A DNA stretch of 61,290 nt from Girardia tigrina (Eukaryota), in contig MQRK01255000.1 in NCBI GenBank assembly GCA_001938485.1, positions 1 to 61,290 on the forward strand, read 5' to 3'. Within the stretch, counting starts at the first letter, position 1; every line of letters begins with the position of its first letter. The position numbers and the translations under genes were made by a program. Under the pieces are notes generated by a model. That model was not told the origin of the DNA, did not search any database, and saw only the letters and a list, made by a program, of their open reading frames with translations. This document shows positions 1 through 13,900 of this stretch, one piece after another.

Positions 1-141
1 TTAATTTTTAAAAATATTTAACAAGCAAATTAATATAAAAATATTTTACCCTTTAAATTAAAAAATAATAAACTATTCAGGCGAGATAAAAAATTAAAAT
101 TAACCCCTCATAAACATCAACCGAGGTTGGTTGACATTTAA

Positions 142-2230
142 CCCTTAAACGCCCACTGGGGTCTCCTAGAACCCAAAAGGTTTTAAAATATAAATAACTT
201 TAACAATTCAAATCCAATTGAATCTAAACTATGAGACATTTCTTACATAATATGGATGTAAAGTTTACCAAAAGCTGGCCAGCCTAACGTTTTTAGTTTT
301 TTTAGGAACAGGGTTTTTAAAAAATTGTCACAAATTATACCATGTGGGGTCTGTGAGACCCCAAATGAATAATTAGCAAAATGAAATATTAAAAGTATTG
401 CAATGCATTTTGATAATAATGGCAAGTAATAATAGCAAGATTCATATGTACATATGCTCATTTTATACATGAGTTACTCAATTGGTATATAAAGGCTCAT
501 AAATGCCATGCACATACTTTTAGCCAGTTATATGTGAATATATTAGGTTATATAAGCGCACACGTTTATTGTCTTGTTTGTTGGTGCATTTATATATGTC
601 TACGCACGGCCAGTCAGTTATATTCGAATTGTATGTACATCTCTACAACTGCATAAATTAGCATTTTCATTGTTTTCAAATCGTTTTATAAATTTTAAAT
701 TTTTTTGAATATGCAACGTCCAACTAGAATAGCTGCAACTGAGGCGAATAGACACATATCAATTGGTGATGATATTTTTGAAGGTTTTATTTTGAGTTAT
801 CTTTTATAACATAATTATTTTTTACTTGACCAGATGATGAGGAAAACGAAGAAGATTTTTCAGAAAATGATGAAGTTATTTCCAATCCAAGAGAGCAAGA
901 AAGTAGTGACGATGAAGTGGTAAATAATGATGAGCAAGGCGTTATGGTATCTCGAAATGACATTGAAATATGGGAACGTCGTTATATTTTTAATGCTGAA
1001 AAACAGCATAGACAACACGATATCTTACGTGATGAGGCAGGGCCCACACGACAAGCACTACAAAATGGTTGTGGTGACAGCTCATCGAGAACATTCAAAG
1101 TATTCTGTGGTTTAGATATAGTGGCCATTATCGTTCAAAACACCAACACAGAAGGCCGACTACACAACGCTAATTTGGTTTTAACAAATTCTGATGAGTT
1201 GTATCGATTTTCGGTCTCCTCCTGCTTGCCGGAGTTTATAGAGCGAAAAGCGAAGCAATCACCCAGCTTTGGAATGAACAACATGGTAGATCAATATTCA
1301 ATAAAACGATGTCCCGCAATCGTTTTTGTGAATTGAGACGGCATTTATGCTTTGATGACAGGGGCTCACGTGAAGAACGTCGACGAGATGACAAATTGGC
1401 ACCAATTCGAAATGTCATTGACATTTTTGCAACAAAGTGCCGATCAAGTTATAAGCCCGAGCAGTTGTCATAGTTGATGAGCAATTGGTGACGTTTCGTG
1501 GTCGTTGCCCACTCAAAATGTTTATTTCAAGTAAGCCGGGTAAATATGGTATGAAATTGTGGGTTGCAGCGGATGCAGGGAGTTCCTATTGTGTCAACCT
1601 TCAAGTTTACACTGGTCGACGTGGTGGTGAACGTGAGGTAGGAGTTGTACTTGAATTAACTGAGCATCTGACAAACACAGGCAGATACGTCGTTGGCGAT
1701 AACTTCTTTACAAATATTGTGCTTGTTCGCGCTCTATTGGCACGTCGCTTGACTTACATAGGGACTGTTCGTAAAAATAAAGGTAAACTGCCTATGCAAA
1801 TGTTACCCACGCGACAACGACAGGTTTTGTCAAGTACCTTTGGATTTCAACGGAACTGCACAATTGTTTCATACATACCAAAGCCAGGAAAAGCTGTAGT
1901 GTTTATGTCATAATTGTACCATGCTGACTTGTGTGAGGAAGATGTTCCGTACAAACCCCACATGATTCTGGAATACAACTCACAAAAAGGTGGGATTGAT
2001 ACTCTCGATCAAAATGTGCGGGGCTACTGATCAAAAAGAAAAACGAATAGATGGCCATTAGCATTGTTTTGTAATTTATTGGATATTGGCGCGTACAATG
2101 CTTTCGTGCTCTATACAGTAGTACATCCAAATTTCGAAAATCGGGTTAGCCATCGTCGACGCATGTTTCTATTACAACTAGCGACCGAATTGGTGAAAGT
2201 CCAACTATATACTAAACGAATACTCGGCCT
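142..2230 (+). mobile_element. piggyBac transposon, degenerate and 3'-truncated
   Basis: TTAA (138-141) followed by a CCCTT terminus; subterminal GGGGTCT..GAGACCCC motifs; DDD triad motifs VDEQLVTFRGRCP, GDNFFT, KGGIDTLDQ; several frameshifts; no right TIR seen. Confidence 0.88.
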
Positions 2231-2373
2231 TTGAAAGTATAGGAAGGCACCCACCCAATTATATAACAATACTTTTATCATAACGGTGCATAGATTGGAT
2301 GAGGTGGATATGTAGTGATATAACACATTATTAAGGTTACTAATCATGGAAAATATGCAGCCATATTAACAAT

Positions 2374-3423
2374 TGTTACGGATCTCGATTAGCTTAGGCT
2401 TAACAATTCGACTGATTTTGTAATGGTATGATAACGGTTTATTACTTAAAATGGTATTATTTTTTTATTAATTGCAAGACTTACAATTATTATAATTTTA
2501 TAAAAGGGGATGCTAGGTATAAAACACAACCCGCTGAATTACAAGTGAAGTAATTATAAATTAAAGATGAAAGAAACCGATTACGATATTAACACATATG
2601 ATTGTTACGATCGAGAGTATTACGAAAGACACCCCTCCATCCACTACACCACCTCGTGAGCACGGAATTGTTGTAAAATTTGGGAATAGTCAAACTCGAC
2701 TATTCCCGTTACGTTTAAGTGTCCTGGTCATCAACAAAGTGACGAGGTCCTGAGGGATCCATGGAGGCGTCTTGAGGGTGATCGTAGACCCCGAAGTGAC
2801 CGGAGGATGTTGTTGGGACCTCTTGGAGAACCTTTTGAAATCCTTTAAAAAAAATTTTAATTAATTAAAAACTTTGACTTATAAAATAAATTACTCGCAA
2901 TCATTTGACTCCAGTAATTACCCAGGATGTCGATTGCAAACGTTTGCAATCTTTTCCTCCCTGTTTTCCCCTCACATCCTGACCCGGAATAATTGCCGTT
3001 TGTTTCGATTGCCGGCGAGCGATAATTATCAATCCGTAATTGACCGCATCCGGTAGGGCAGCAACATCTAAAATAATAATTAATCAAAAAATTAATCTGA
3101 AACAATTAAATTACTTGCAATCAACATTGCAATGACGGAAATCGTTTTTCCCCTCATCCTGCCTTTGCAAATAACATCCTGTAGGGTATTAATCGCCGGC
3201 ACATAATTTGAAAAGCCCAGAAATTGTCACAAAATTTTTCTTTTTACCATTTGTACCAAATACGATAAGCGACATTTTACGACAACCAATATTTGACCGA
3301 TTTACTTCGCCAAATTATTTCGGTTCAACACAATTTTGAAAGCAAAACAAATTAATTTGAGCTAATACCTTCGCTATTATTTTGTGAACTCAGTTGATAT
3401 TATTATTTCAGTAACCCGAACGA
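2374..3423 (-). mobile_element. 3' end of an LTR retroelement (3' LTR 2631-2374 plus adjacent internal sequence)
   Basis: On the minus strand a polypurine tract GGATGGAGGGG (2642-2632) directly precedes TGTC...GTAACA, with AATAAA inside. No partner LTR in the window. Confidence 0.5.
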
Positions 3424-4107
3424 TGTAACACCTATCCTTTTATTATCTTTTATTTTATTTATTTATTTTATTATTATTATTAAATGTTGATTACGATCGT
3501 TTTGTTCCACGATTCGATGAATTGCAATATATATATTTAATCCCTTCTTCTTTTAATTATTATAGTAATATTTCATTATTATTATTATTGATATTTCATG
3601 TAACTATGAAGAGAGTTAAAGGGACGACCCGCCGTATTGATAGTCGTTATGAGGCGGGATTATTAGACCAGGGTCGTCTGAGTTGTTGTTGAGCTTGAAT
3701 ACAGTTTTGAGAGATTGAGAGAGAGAAAGAAAAGCATAGAAGAGAGAGAAGTGAATTGTTATTTAATGGAAGAATATTGAGAGTCAGGGTTAAGCTATCA
3801 TAGAAGCGCAGAGTTACAGTGACTGATATTGTGTTAAGTGTTGACGTGAGAGCTTGGCTTATCGTTTTATTTTCTTATCTCGATTCGTGTGAGTGAGTGA
3901 GAGACAGCGTATTCGAGCTAGTGTAATTTTGTGTACAAAAAAATTTTTTTTAGTGATCGTCATTTTTTACATATTTTGACTTTTAATCATTCAATCAATA
4001 ATTACATTTAATTAGTTTTGTCGATTAAAATTTGTGTGTTCGTTTATTTATTGAAATAAAGGTGCCAAAAAAAAGAAAAAACGAGGCTTCATATTTGGAA
4101 TAATACA
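3424..4107 (+). mobile_element. Possible LTR
   Basis: TGTAACA...AATACA termini, TATA-like run near 3528, GA-rich tract, AATAAA near 4055; no TSD or partner found. Confidence 0.35.
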
Positions 4108-4114
4108 ATGGATT

Positions 4115-5524
4115 ATGAGATCATTTACTCAAAATATAAATCAAAATACTGCTTTGAAGCCACCTTTAGAAGATAATTTCAATTATAAAACTGAAGGACA
4201 GCCATATACTAAATGTAAAATATTTAACAATTCAAAAATTGATGATTTGAAAAATGAATCTTCTAATAAATCTCTAAATGTTAATAAAAATAAAGTGATA
4301 TGTTGTAATCCTGAATCTCCTATTATGACCAATTTAACACAGAACAACATTTCAAATAATAACAATAGTAATCAACCAAGTCATTCAAAGAAAGCCAAAA
4401 TTCGTTCGAATTGTACGTCTTTTAGTAATCAGACTAAATTTGATCCAATCAAGCAACAAGAGACAACTATTGCCACATTGAATTTTGCACCTATTGACAT
4501 CGCGGCATTAGATTCTCATAAATTAAAAAATTGCATTATCAACAAGAAGCAGAAAAAAAACGTACAAGTATCGTCTGAAGATTTGAAAAACAAAAGTACT
4601 TTTCGATTAGATGACAGTTTATCAATGAGTACTTATTCGAACGCTGAGGGAAAGATTAAAGATGTTGAAGTTGATAGAAAGTCAAAGACGCATAAATCTA
4701 AACAAAACCTGCCAAAGTCTTGTAGCGTTTGGCTTCGAAATTGTAATGACTCTAACAGTAAGCAACAAATTTATATTGATTTTGATGAAGATAGCTCTAT
4801 AAAATCGAATGACAGTGGAATAGAATCATCTAAAAATAAAAATTATGTGAGACAAATTAAAAGTAATCCTGAAAATTCATTCCGAAACAATGAAAATCAG
4901 TCTATTAAAAAGTTAAATCAGAATCACACTTGTCGCAGTAGTTTTGACAGAAAAGAAAATGTGCACTCATGTATTGGGAAATGTAACGCATCGAGTGCTA
5001 ATGCAGGAGTAAATTTTTTAAATAATAAAAAATATAACTCATGTGGATTTTCTATGATTGGAGATCTCAATGCTGGAAAAGATTTTTCAATCTTGTCCGA
5101 AAGAATAAAACAATTTTCTAATTTAATTGATTTTTCGTAATAATGCGGATGATTTGTTCAATGAACCTTCAAGATAAATAGTGAACACTGGCTTTGTTCT
5201 GCATCAAATGTATCAGTGAATAATATGGAACCTATAGAAATATTTGTTGAAGAAAATCAATTGATTTCACCTAATTATATTAATAAGCATTCTGAAAATA
5301 CTGTGAATCAAATTGATTTAAATTATCAAATGTTAAATTGTGCTTCAAAGATAAATTTATGCAATCCATCTGATCAAACATTAGGAAATTACTTTAAACA
5401 ACCTTGCATTACATCGTTTAATTCACAGTATAAAGACATCGAAAATACTACTATTTATAAAAGTAAATTTAATCAATTGGATTTATTTAATAACGATATT
5501 GTACCTTTACATAATGCCAAATAA
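4115..5524 (+). pseudogene. Asn/Ser/Lys-rich low-complexity coding segment, disrupted
   Basis: 341-aa and 102-aa ORFs in the same frame, bridged by a short shifted-frame stretch; no domain recognised. Confidence 0.4.
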
Positions 5525-5933
5525 TCTTATTTCATGTCACCATATAATTTGCGTGATTTGCCTTAACCTTTTAGTTCAGACAAATAACTCGCGACCGGGG
5601 TACGATTTTGTCGAATAATTTCTAGAATTTGTAATCCACGCTTCTATTTTCTATTTGGAAACCGGTTTTCTGGAGATTAGGACATAGATATCCCTTTAGC
5701 AATTAAATATTATTTTGAATTATTTCTATTAATCAAAACACTTAATACTAAATTCATTATCCAAAGAATTGATAACTAGTTATTATTAATTATTATAGAT
5801 ATTATTATTACTAAATAGTTAGAATTTAGATAGTTTAATTATGAATTTAGAAATCCAAACAACGGGTTAAATTTTACTTTTAGGGAGTTCTTCGTATAAA
5901 TCAATTTAAAATTTTTGCTAATTCGTCAAGCTA

Positions 5934-7154
5934 TTAGGTTGTTCGATATGAAACGGGTCAAAATTAAAGTAAAATGTAAATCGATTTTTTTAAATAATAA
6001 CATTTTATTTTTAATCAAAATATCCCCCCATGTTGTCAACACACTGNNNNNNNNNNNNNNNNNNNNNNNNNNNNNNNNNNNNNNNNNNNNNNNNNNNNNN
6101 NNNNNNNNNNNNNNNNNNNNNNNNNNNNNNNNNNNNNNNNNNNNNNNNNNNNNNNNNNNNNNNNNNNNNNNNNNNNNNNNNNNNNNNNNNNNNNNNNNNN
6201 NNNNNNNNNNNNNNNNNNNNNNNNNNNNNNNNNNNNNNNNNNNNNNNNNNNNNNNNNNNNNNNNNNNNNNNNNNNNNNNNNNNNNNNNNNNNNNNNNNNN
6301 NNNNNNNNNNNNNNNNNNNNNNNNNNNNNNNNNNNNNNNNNNNNNNNNNNNNNNNNNNNNNNNNNNNNNNNNNNNNNNNNNNNNNNNNNNNNNNNNNNNN
6401 NNNNNNNNNNNNNNNNNNNNNNNNNNNNNNNNNNNNNNNNNNNNNNNNNNNNNNNNNNNNNNNNNNNNNNNNNNNNNNNNNNNNNNNNNNNNNNNNNNNN
6501 NNNNNNNNNNNNNNNNNNNNNNNNNNNNNNNNNNNNNNNNNNNNNNNNNNNNNNNNNNNNNNNNNNNNNNNNNNNNNNNNNNNNNNNNNNNNNNNNNNNN
6601 NNNNNNNNNNNNNNNNNNNNNNNNNNNNNNNNNNNNNNNNNNNNNNNNNNNNNNNNNNNNNNNNNNNNNNNNNNNNNNNNNNNNNNNNNNNNNNNNNNNN
6701 NNNNNNNNNNNNNNNNNNNNNNNNNNNNNNNNNNNNNNNNNNNNNNNNNNNNNNNNNNNNNNNNNNNNNNNNNNNNNNNNNNNNNNNNNNNNNNNNNNNN
6801 NNNNNNNNNNNNNNNNNNNNNNNNNNNNNNNNNNNNNNNNNNNNNNNNNNNNNNNNNNNNNNNNNNNNNNNNNNNNNNNNNNNNNNNNNNNNNNNNNNNN
6901 NNNNNNNNNNNNNNNNNNNNNNNNNNNNNNNNNNNNNNNNNNNNNNNNNNNNNNNNNNNNNNNNNNNNNNNNNNNNNNNNNNNNNNNNNNNNNNNNNNNN
7001 NNNNNNNNNNNNNNNNNNNNNNNNNNNNNNNNNNNNNAATAATATATCTGTCAAGAAATACCTTATTTATTTTCATACGATAGTTCAAAGTTAAGTTATA
7101 CGCCATTGAAATGTAAGGTGTGAAGTTTGACCGGTTTCATATCGAACAACCTAA
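5934..7154 (-). mobile_element. mariner transposon spanning an assembly gap
   Basis: TA-flanked TIRs TTAGGTTGTTCGATATGAAAC(G/C)GGTCAAA at both ends; mariner-like C-terminus QCVDNMGGYFD* at 6046-6011; nominal size about 1.2 kb. Confidence 0.85.
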
Positions 7155-8833
7155 TACTATTACATTGAAATAAACCTTCTAAATGAAATAAAATAAAGTA
7201 GAGTCAAAAGAGAGGGAAATAATCAGCTGTAAGTTTTCTGACATTAATAAAATAATAATTAAATGAGATAATAAAANNNNNNNNNNNNNNNNNNNNNNNN
7301 NNNNNNNNNNNNNNNNNNNNNNNNNNNNNNNNNNNNNNNNNNNNNNNNNNNNNNNNNNNNNNNNNNNNNNNNNNNNNNNNNNNNNNNNNNNNAAATGATA
7401 CATGTCGTCGAATATAAAATATCTCGTTGTAATATAATTAAATGGAAATAAGTAATAAATGTAAATTCTGAACATTAATTGAATGGTAAATGAGAAGTGA
7501 CGAGAACCCTTTGGAGATGGTGCAGGTCGGCCATAGAATGCATAGGGGCACGTGGTTCGATCGTCGCTTATTTCTTGAGGCTCTTCTTGTTCACGACTTG
7601 AAATGACAGCCCAAAGTTTAGAATAATGTTAGTAAAGGATAAAAGCATCGACCCCTCAGGGAGCTGAGACCACCGGTCAGGCAATACTCGCTACCGGTTT
7701 GAACCCGAAGGCGCTCCAATGCACACACAACTTGTTGATGTGCGCGGAAGAGACGCGTTTGTTCCCATAAGCAATATGAAGACAGAGAGCAATCACCGAG
7801 GGGAGTATGAAGAGATATAAGATAAGCGTGAGTTGCCGTTTAACTCAGGAAAGCGGATGGGGGCTCAGGGCCAACGAAGATGTCTTGAATCGGAGGGAAC
7901 ACGACATGATCAACAACGATCGTAAAATAATTATTAAATTGTTCTAAAGAAAATACTTATAAATCGAAATAGTAGATTGTAAAAATAAAGATAAGAATAA
8001 AATTAGACAAATTTCGTTAATTTATGAATAAATTAAAACAATAGAGAGTTGTGAAATAAGATACATTTAACGACTAATAACATTACAATTATTAGGCAAT
8101 GAAATAACTATATAATGAGAATAAAATAAAATGAAATGAATAAAAGCCGAAATTGCATGTCCAGTAAATGGTTCTAGGTCGATTCAACTAAGGTCATTTC
8201 CACTAATTACGATTTAAAATATTAATTAACCCGCTTCTAGTGTTAACTGTAGCAAAGTTTTTCTTTTTAATAAATGTTATTATTATAACTTTGTTTTGTT
8301 TTTGATAAATATTTTATGTTGTTGTTTTATTATTATTGAGTATTTTGTTGTAATGTAATTGTTTGTTTTTATTACATTAACACATATAGGGGACATATTG
8401 ATGCTTAGTAGAGATATATATTTAAGGTATATATTTTCGGGTGCAGATTGTTATCTCGAAGTACAGAACGCAACAATATGCCATTTCGTGATATGAATAT
8501 TTTATTATTTTTTATAGATAAAAAATAACATTTTAATGTAAATACACATAAGGTATCATCAATATGTACCAAGGCAAACAGAATATTTAATGGATATACT
8601 ATGCGTTTTCATCTTTAAAATGAGGAATGCATATTTTAAATGAGAATAACTCAATAAAAGTATAATAGTATGGAATAAAATATTGTAATATAGAAAATTT
8701 AGAACTGAAAAAAACATTGTATAATAATAAATAGGATTTAAAGAAATTATCAAAGTATTATTGGTAAAGAAAAGTTCAGAAATCGGTAAAAAAGAAAAAT
8801 GCAATTAGTAACTATTGTGAATTTAAATGGATA

Positions 8834-10443
8834 TTAGAAGGCATTTGCTCGAGAACTACAAGTTCCCATATTGACAACATATCGAAGGGGAGCAGAGGGA
8901 GACGATGTGGTCGAACGGAGAGGTCATATACTTTCGACTTACGTGTCAGAGCTTGCCATCATATTCAAACTAAGATGTTCCTTTTTGATTTCAAGGTCGA
9001 AAATTCGAAAACTTGATCCTGGTGTTTTCAGAATACGGTATGTCCTGTTAGTGACATATTCACTAAGTCACTCAATTTCACTAAACAGAAATCAAAAAGA
9101 TAGATAACGTAAGTCAGGGATTTCTGAACTTTCAACAGGAGGACAAATTGTTCATTTTAGGTGCAATAAGGTTGAGTAACATAAACAAATGTTTAAAAAT
9201 AACAGTGCTAAGGTAATCTCACAACCGGATTGAAATGATAATAAAATCATTTATATGAATAGGCGAATTATTTTTGAGATCTTTTCATCGCTTTGTCCTT
9301 CGATAACCGTAGCAAAACAAATGTAAGTATTGCGCCTGATTCAGTTTAATCATGTGTCTTATTACTGACATGGCTGCACCATCCACGATTCCTATGGCAC
9401 TAGCACACATCGATTGGTGTAGGTTGACAGTGGTGCAATAAATTAACAGCTTGTCAGAAAACAAATCGTAAAACAATGTTTGTTGAAAACTTAGAAAAGC
9501 CCACATCGACTGAATATTATCTTCGGGCACAGTTAATGCATTAGTTTCAAAATATTTGACACTGATACGCAAAATATTAAATATTTTCTAAATAAACAAA
9601 ACAGTGACAATCCTGATCGGTGAATGTAGGATCCAAAAATATTCCAAATCACAAATCAATTCTGAACTCGCAAACGATAGTCAATCTATCGAGACATCAA
9701 CACAGACTCAGTGCAGTCCAGATAGACAACAAGCCATTGTTTGAAACTAAAATGGTAATAAAATCACAAGTGTCAAAAAATTGAAATCGAAAAGAAATGT
9801 GCAAAAGACATAATTTAACTCAAATTAAAGAAAGATATTTTACAGAACAGTTATTATAGTTTGATCCAAACGTAAATCAACCAGTATAAGTAAGTATATA
9901 ACAATCACAACATTTACATCAGAAATTTCAACCAATACTTTAAAAAAATGAGCAAATATCGATGATCATCAAAGAGTGTTTCAGACAAACAGAAAAAACA
10001 GATAGACAGGCGGGAGACATCCCTGACATGTTAATGTGGGAGGTGGAGAATCAGTTACTGTTCATCAAGGAGTCTGGATTTGTTTATTAAAATCAATTGT
10101 AATTTGGCGTTTATTGTGATAAATTGTTTCAAAAGAATATCGAAAGAACTGATATTGTGAGAAAGCTGGAATGAACTGAGATTATTACTAACAAACTCGA
10201 TATATCTGAAACAAGTCAAATCACTTTTCAATCACAGAATTTTACAAAATTTTACTTTAGCACATTTGATCTGGATGTGGCTATTTGCTCGACATCGACA
10301 GAGAGATTCAACGCATTAAGATCAACAATATCAACTTCATCACTGTTCTCAAACTGAAGTCTATCTATTAATTTTCTTAATAATTGCAATCTGTTTTTTT
10401 CTAGCACAACGATTTTTCTAAGAGAAATAGGATGGTCTTCAAT
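8834..10443 (-). CDS. Unidentified multi-exon protein-coding gene (3' portion)
   Basis: Three consecutive phase-compatible open exons (10443-10256, 10205-10059, 10022-9939; 50- and 36-nt introns). Further candidates: an exon from 9587, one ending at 8943 (GTAAGT donor) and terminal 8855-8834. No recognisable domain. Confidence 0.5.
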
Positions 10444-10903
10444 CTGAATAATAAATCATTATTAATAAAGTTAGATAAGCTCAATCAAATGAATCAGTGT
10501 CCACCTTATCACATTATTATATATTAATCATCATACAAATATAAACATAAATACAGATTTGAATACCATCAACTCCTTAGATGCTCCAATTCACCTTCAT
10601 TAAAATCAACTGAATACATTTATTATCGGATGAGTGTTGTAAAAAAACTTTTACACTTCCATTTATATTTTACGAAAAAACGGTCAATTTATGGTCCATT
10701 TTAGAAATATGTAGCAAAATATAAAAAATAGATCTTAATTTAACTCAACATTTGTTAAAATACCTTCGACTAATATCTTAGAGACCTTTTATTACGTGTA
10801 CTGACACAGTTGTTCACCATTCCTAGTCTTAATTAGTTTACGTCAAAGAACAAATTTCTAAGTGTTGTATAAACATAGTTGTATAAATATAGTTAAAATA
10901 TAT

Positions 10904-13900
10904 CGTTGTGTCACATGATTAAGGACTTTTTGTTTAAATGCTTTAATAAATAATTCTATAACCTTGAACTTGATACGACATGGCGACGAGGACAAAGTAT
11001 TAAACTGCCTTTCCACTATTACAATTACGATTGTCCTATACCATTCATAATTCATGACTACAATTACAATTCCATTTTTATCTCTGGACTACAATTCTGC
11101 CACCAGTTGGAGCAGTTCAATTTCATCATGAAAATTCATTATGACAAGGCCGACCTGAAATCGGTGTTTTTGTCTTTCTGTGGCTCAGAGTGTTACAAAT
11201 TACTTTCAAGCTTAGTGTCACCGAAGAATTTACTGGATGCTTCATACACATTTTCATTTGAAGATGACAAGGATGTCAACAATCTCAGAGTTGTTTTGCT
11301 CAATCATCTACGTCCCAAAATTATTCTTCATCATGAGAAACAGAAGTTCTTCATGCTCAAGCAGAAATCTGTCTCTACTCAACAATTCGTTGCTCTCTTG
11401 CGACAATCAGCTGCATCGTGAAATTTTGGTGACCTTCTAGATTGTTTGCTTCTAATCCAGTTCATTAATGGGCTAAACGAGATTGTAAACGAGACTATTA
11501 TTGCAGGCAAACTTGACATTGGACGTTGCAGGACAGTCCTCATTGTTACATGAAGCATCTTCATCAATCCAATCATCTATTGATTTTGTTTGCAAGCTCG
11601 ACAGTCCGTGAACCTAAGGACAGCAAAAAATACAAAATCTGAGGATTACAAATGCTACTCTTGCCGCAAAACCAACCACGTACGAAAAGACTGCAAGTTT
11701 CGCAATGCGAAGTGCTCAACCTATGGGGCACATTGCCTCAGTGTGCAGAAGTAGCAAAAACAAGAAACTTGATAAGCATTTCAAAAGTACCAATTCCCTC
11801 ATGGTGATAAATGATGATGTGGTAGCAACTTGCGGCAATTCTGATCATGGGTTCAAGAAAACACTAAATGGCAATGGTGTTCCTATGACTTTTCTTTTAG
11901 AAACCGGCTCTCCAGTCACTGTTATTCCATGTCGTTTGTTGCCCATAACATCAACCCTACGACCATTTCCACGAGTACAATGTTACAATGGAAGCCCCTT
12001 AGACATTCTTGGTGTCACTGATGTCACTATATCACATGCTGATCAATCAATGGTTTTGGAAATATTATTAGTAAATGGTGATTTGATACTCCTGCTTGGT
12101 CGTAATGCTCTACTTCTCTTCAATTTTTTTTCTGTGGCACCAATCACAGAGGACAACAATCCAGGTAATGTCTGTGCTGAATTGGTTCTAAAGTCAGGTA
12201 TTGAGTACTCGAAATTTCCAATATTTAAACCTCGCTCACTTCCATTTTCTTTGCGAGAAAAAGTGAAAGAAAGCATCCAAGAACAAGTAAAATGTGGTAT
12301 TTTGGTTCCTGTCAGCAAAGCAATGATGACATGTCCGATTGTCCCCGTCCTAAAGGCTGATGGCTCAATTCGCATTTACGGAGATTATTCTCTCACAGCA
12401 AATACGTTTATAGATGCAGAACAATATCCTTTGCCAACCTTCGAGGACATCAAAACTTCAATGGCCAACTGCATCGTTTTCTCCAATTTGGATCTTAAAA
12501 GCGCTTACTTGCAGCTTCCTCTATCAGAAGCATCTCAATGTTACACCACCATTTCTACTCACATTGGTCACTTTAACTACACAAGACTGCCTTTCGGAAT
12601 TTCTTCTTCTCCTCGCATATTTCAGCAGTTTATTGATCGTCTAATTTGTTTCCCACGGGTTCGTAGCTCCCAAGATGACATTCTGATTGGTGGATTATCT
12701 CAAACTGATCATGACACTACTCTACAAATGGTCATGGATATTCTTGAGAAATACAAACACAAGTCAATAAAGAAAAATCAGAATTCAACAAGTCATCAGT
12801 TCCCTTTCTTGGTTATATACTTTCTGCTCATGGTGTATCTCCTGATCCTCATCGTTTGGCTCAAATCAACAAACTGCACTCACCAGTCAATAGATCTCAA
12901 CTAAAATCCATCATTGGTACTTTACAATTCTACTTACGTTTCACACCAGAAATGAGTCAAATGTTTTGTTTGCTAAGCACAAGAGTTCCTTTCAAGTGGA
13001 CACCAAAGGAGGAGGCCGCTCTTCGATCACTTATATCCAAAATAAACTTGACATCCAATCTGGTATTTTATGACATCAAAAACCGCTCTTTCACTCTGCT
13101 GAATCCTCATCCACGGGTTTGGAAGCTGTTCTGAGTCATGACAAAGAAAAGAAACAAATAATACATTGTTCATCATGCACTCTCTCCAGCTGAGAAAAAA
13201 TATGCTACCATAGAATGTGAAGCGCTGGTTATTATCTTTGGCATCAAAAGATTTTATCAGTATTTGGCAGGCAAACGATTCACAATTCTAACTGACCATG
13301 CTCCACTAAAATTTATATTTAACTCCAGAAACATTCAAGAGAGAATTTCAATGAGACTGCAAAGATGGTGTTTAATTTTGAAATTTTACGATTTTGACAT
13401 TTAATACATTCGTGGTGAAGTTTTCCTTCCAGATCTTCTCAGCCGTATTCCAGGTAGTAAAGACAGGGATGGAAGCAAGAAGTGGATGATATTTTGTTGC
13501 CCAACTGTCATTGCTGGACAAATTTCCTATTTTTAATGACTTGGAAGCTCAAACCAAATCATCTTTACTTAAAACGGTCATTCATTGGGTTCAACGCGGT
13601 TGGTCTCACAGAATTAAGAAGAAATTTATCCCATACTCATCAAACAAACACGAATATACTGTGGTAAAGGGTTGCCTACACCGAGGATACTTCATCCATC
13701 TTCACTTCATCAAGCTGTTCTTCGATTCTTTCATGAATTTCATCCAGGTATTATTCGCATGCGGCAACTCATGTGCCAGTTCGTTTGGTGGCCGGGAATG
13801 GATGGTGATATACAAAAAATAATCAGCCAGTGTGATCCATGTGTAAAGTCTCAACAATCGAGAGTAAATTACTACCTTTCTGCGTGGCTGGAGTCAAGCA

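Noticed and set aside
5915-7475. Long ORFs in the track across N runs (also 25579-26595)
   Set aside because: Artefacts of translating gaps as X.
9050-10600. UGA read-through or an alternative genetic code suggested by a few in-frame TGAs
   Set aside because: RasGAP and TE ORFs use TGG at conserved Trp positions; alternative splice sites or chance explain the TGAs.
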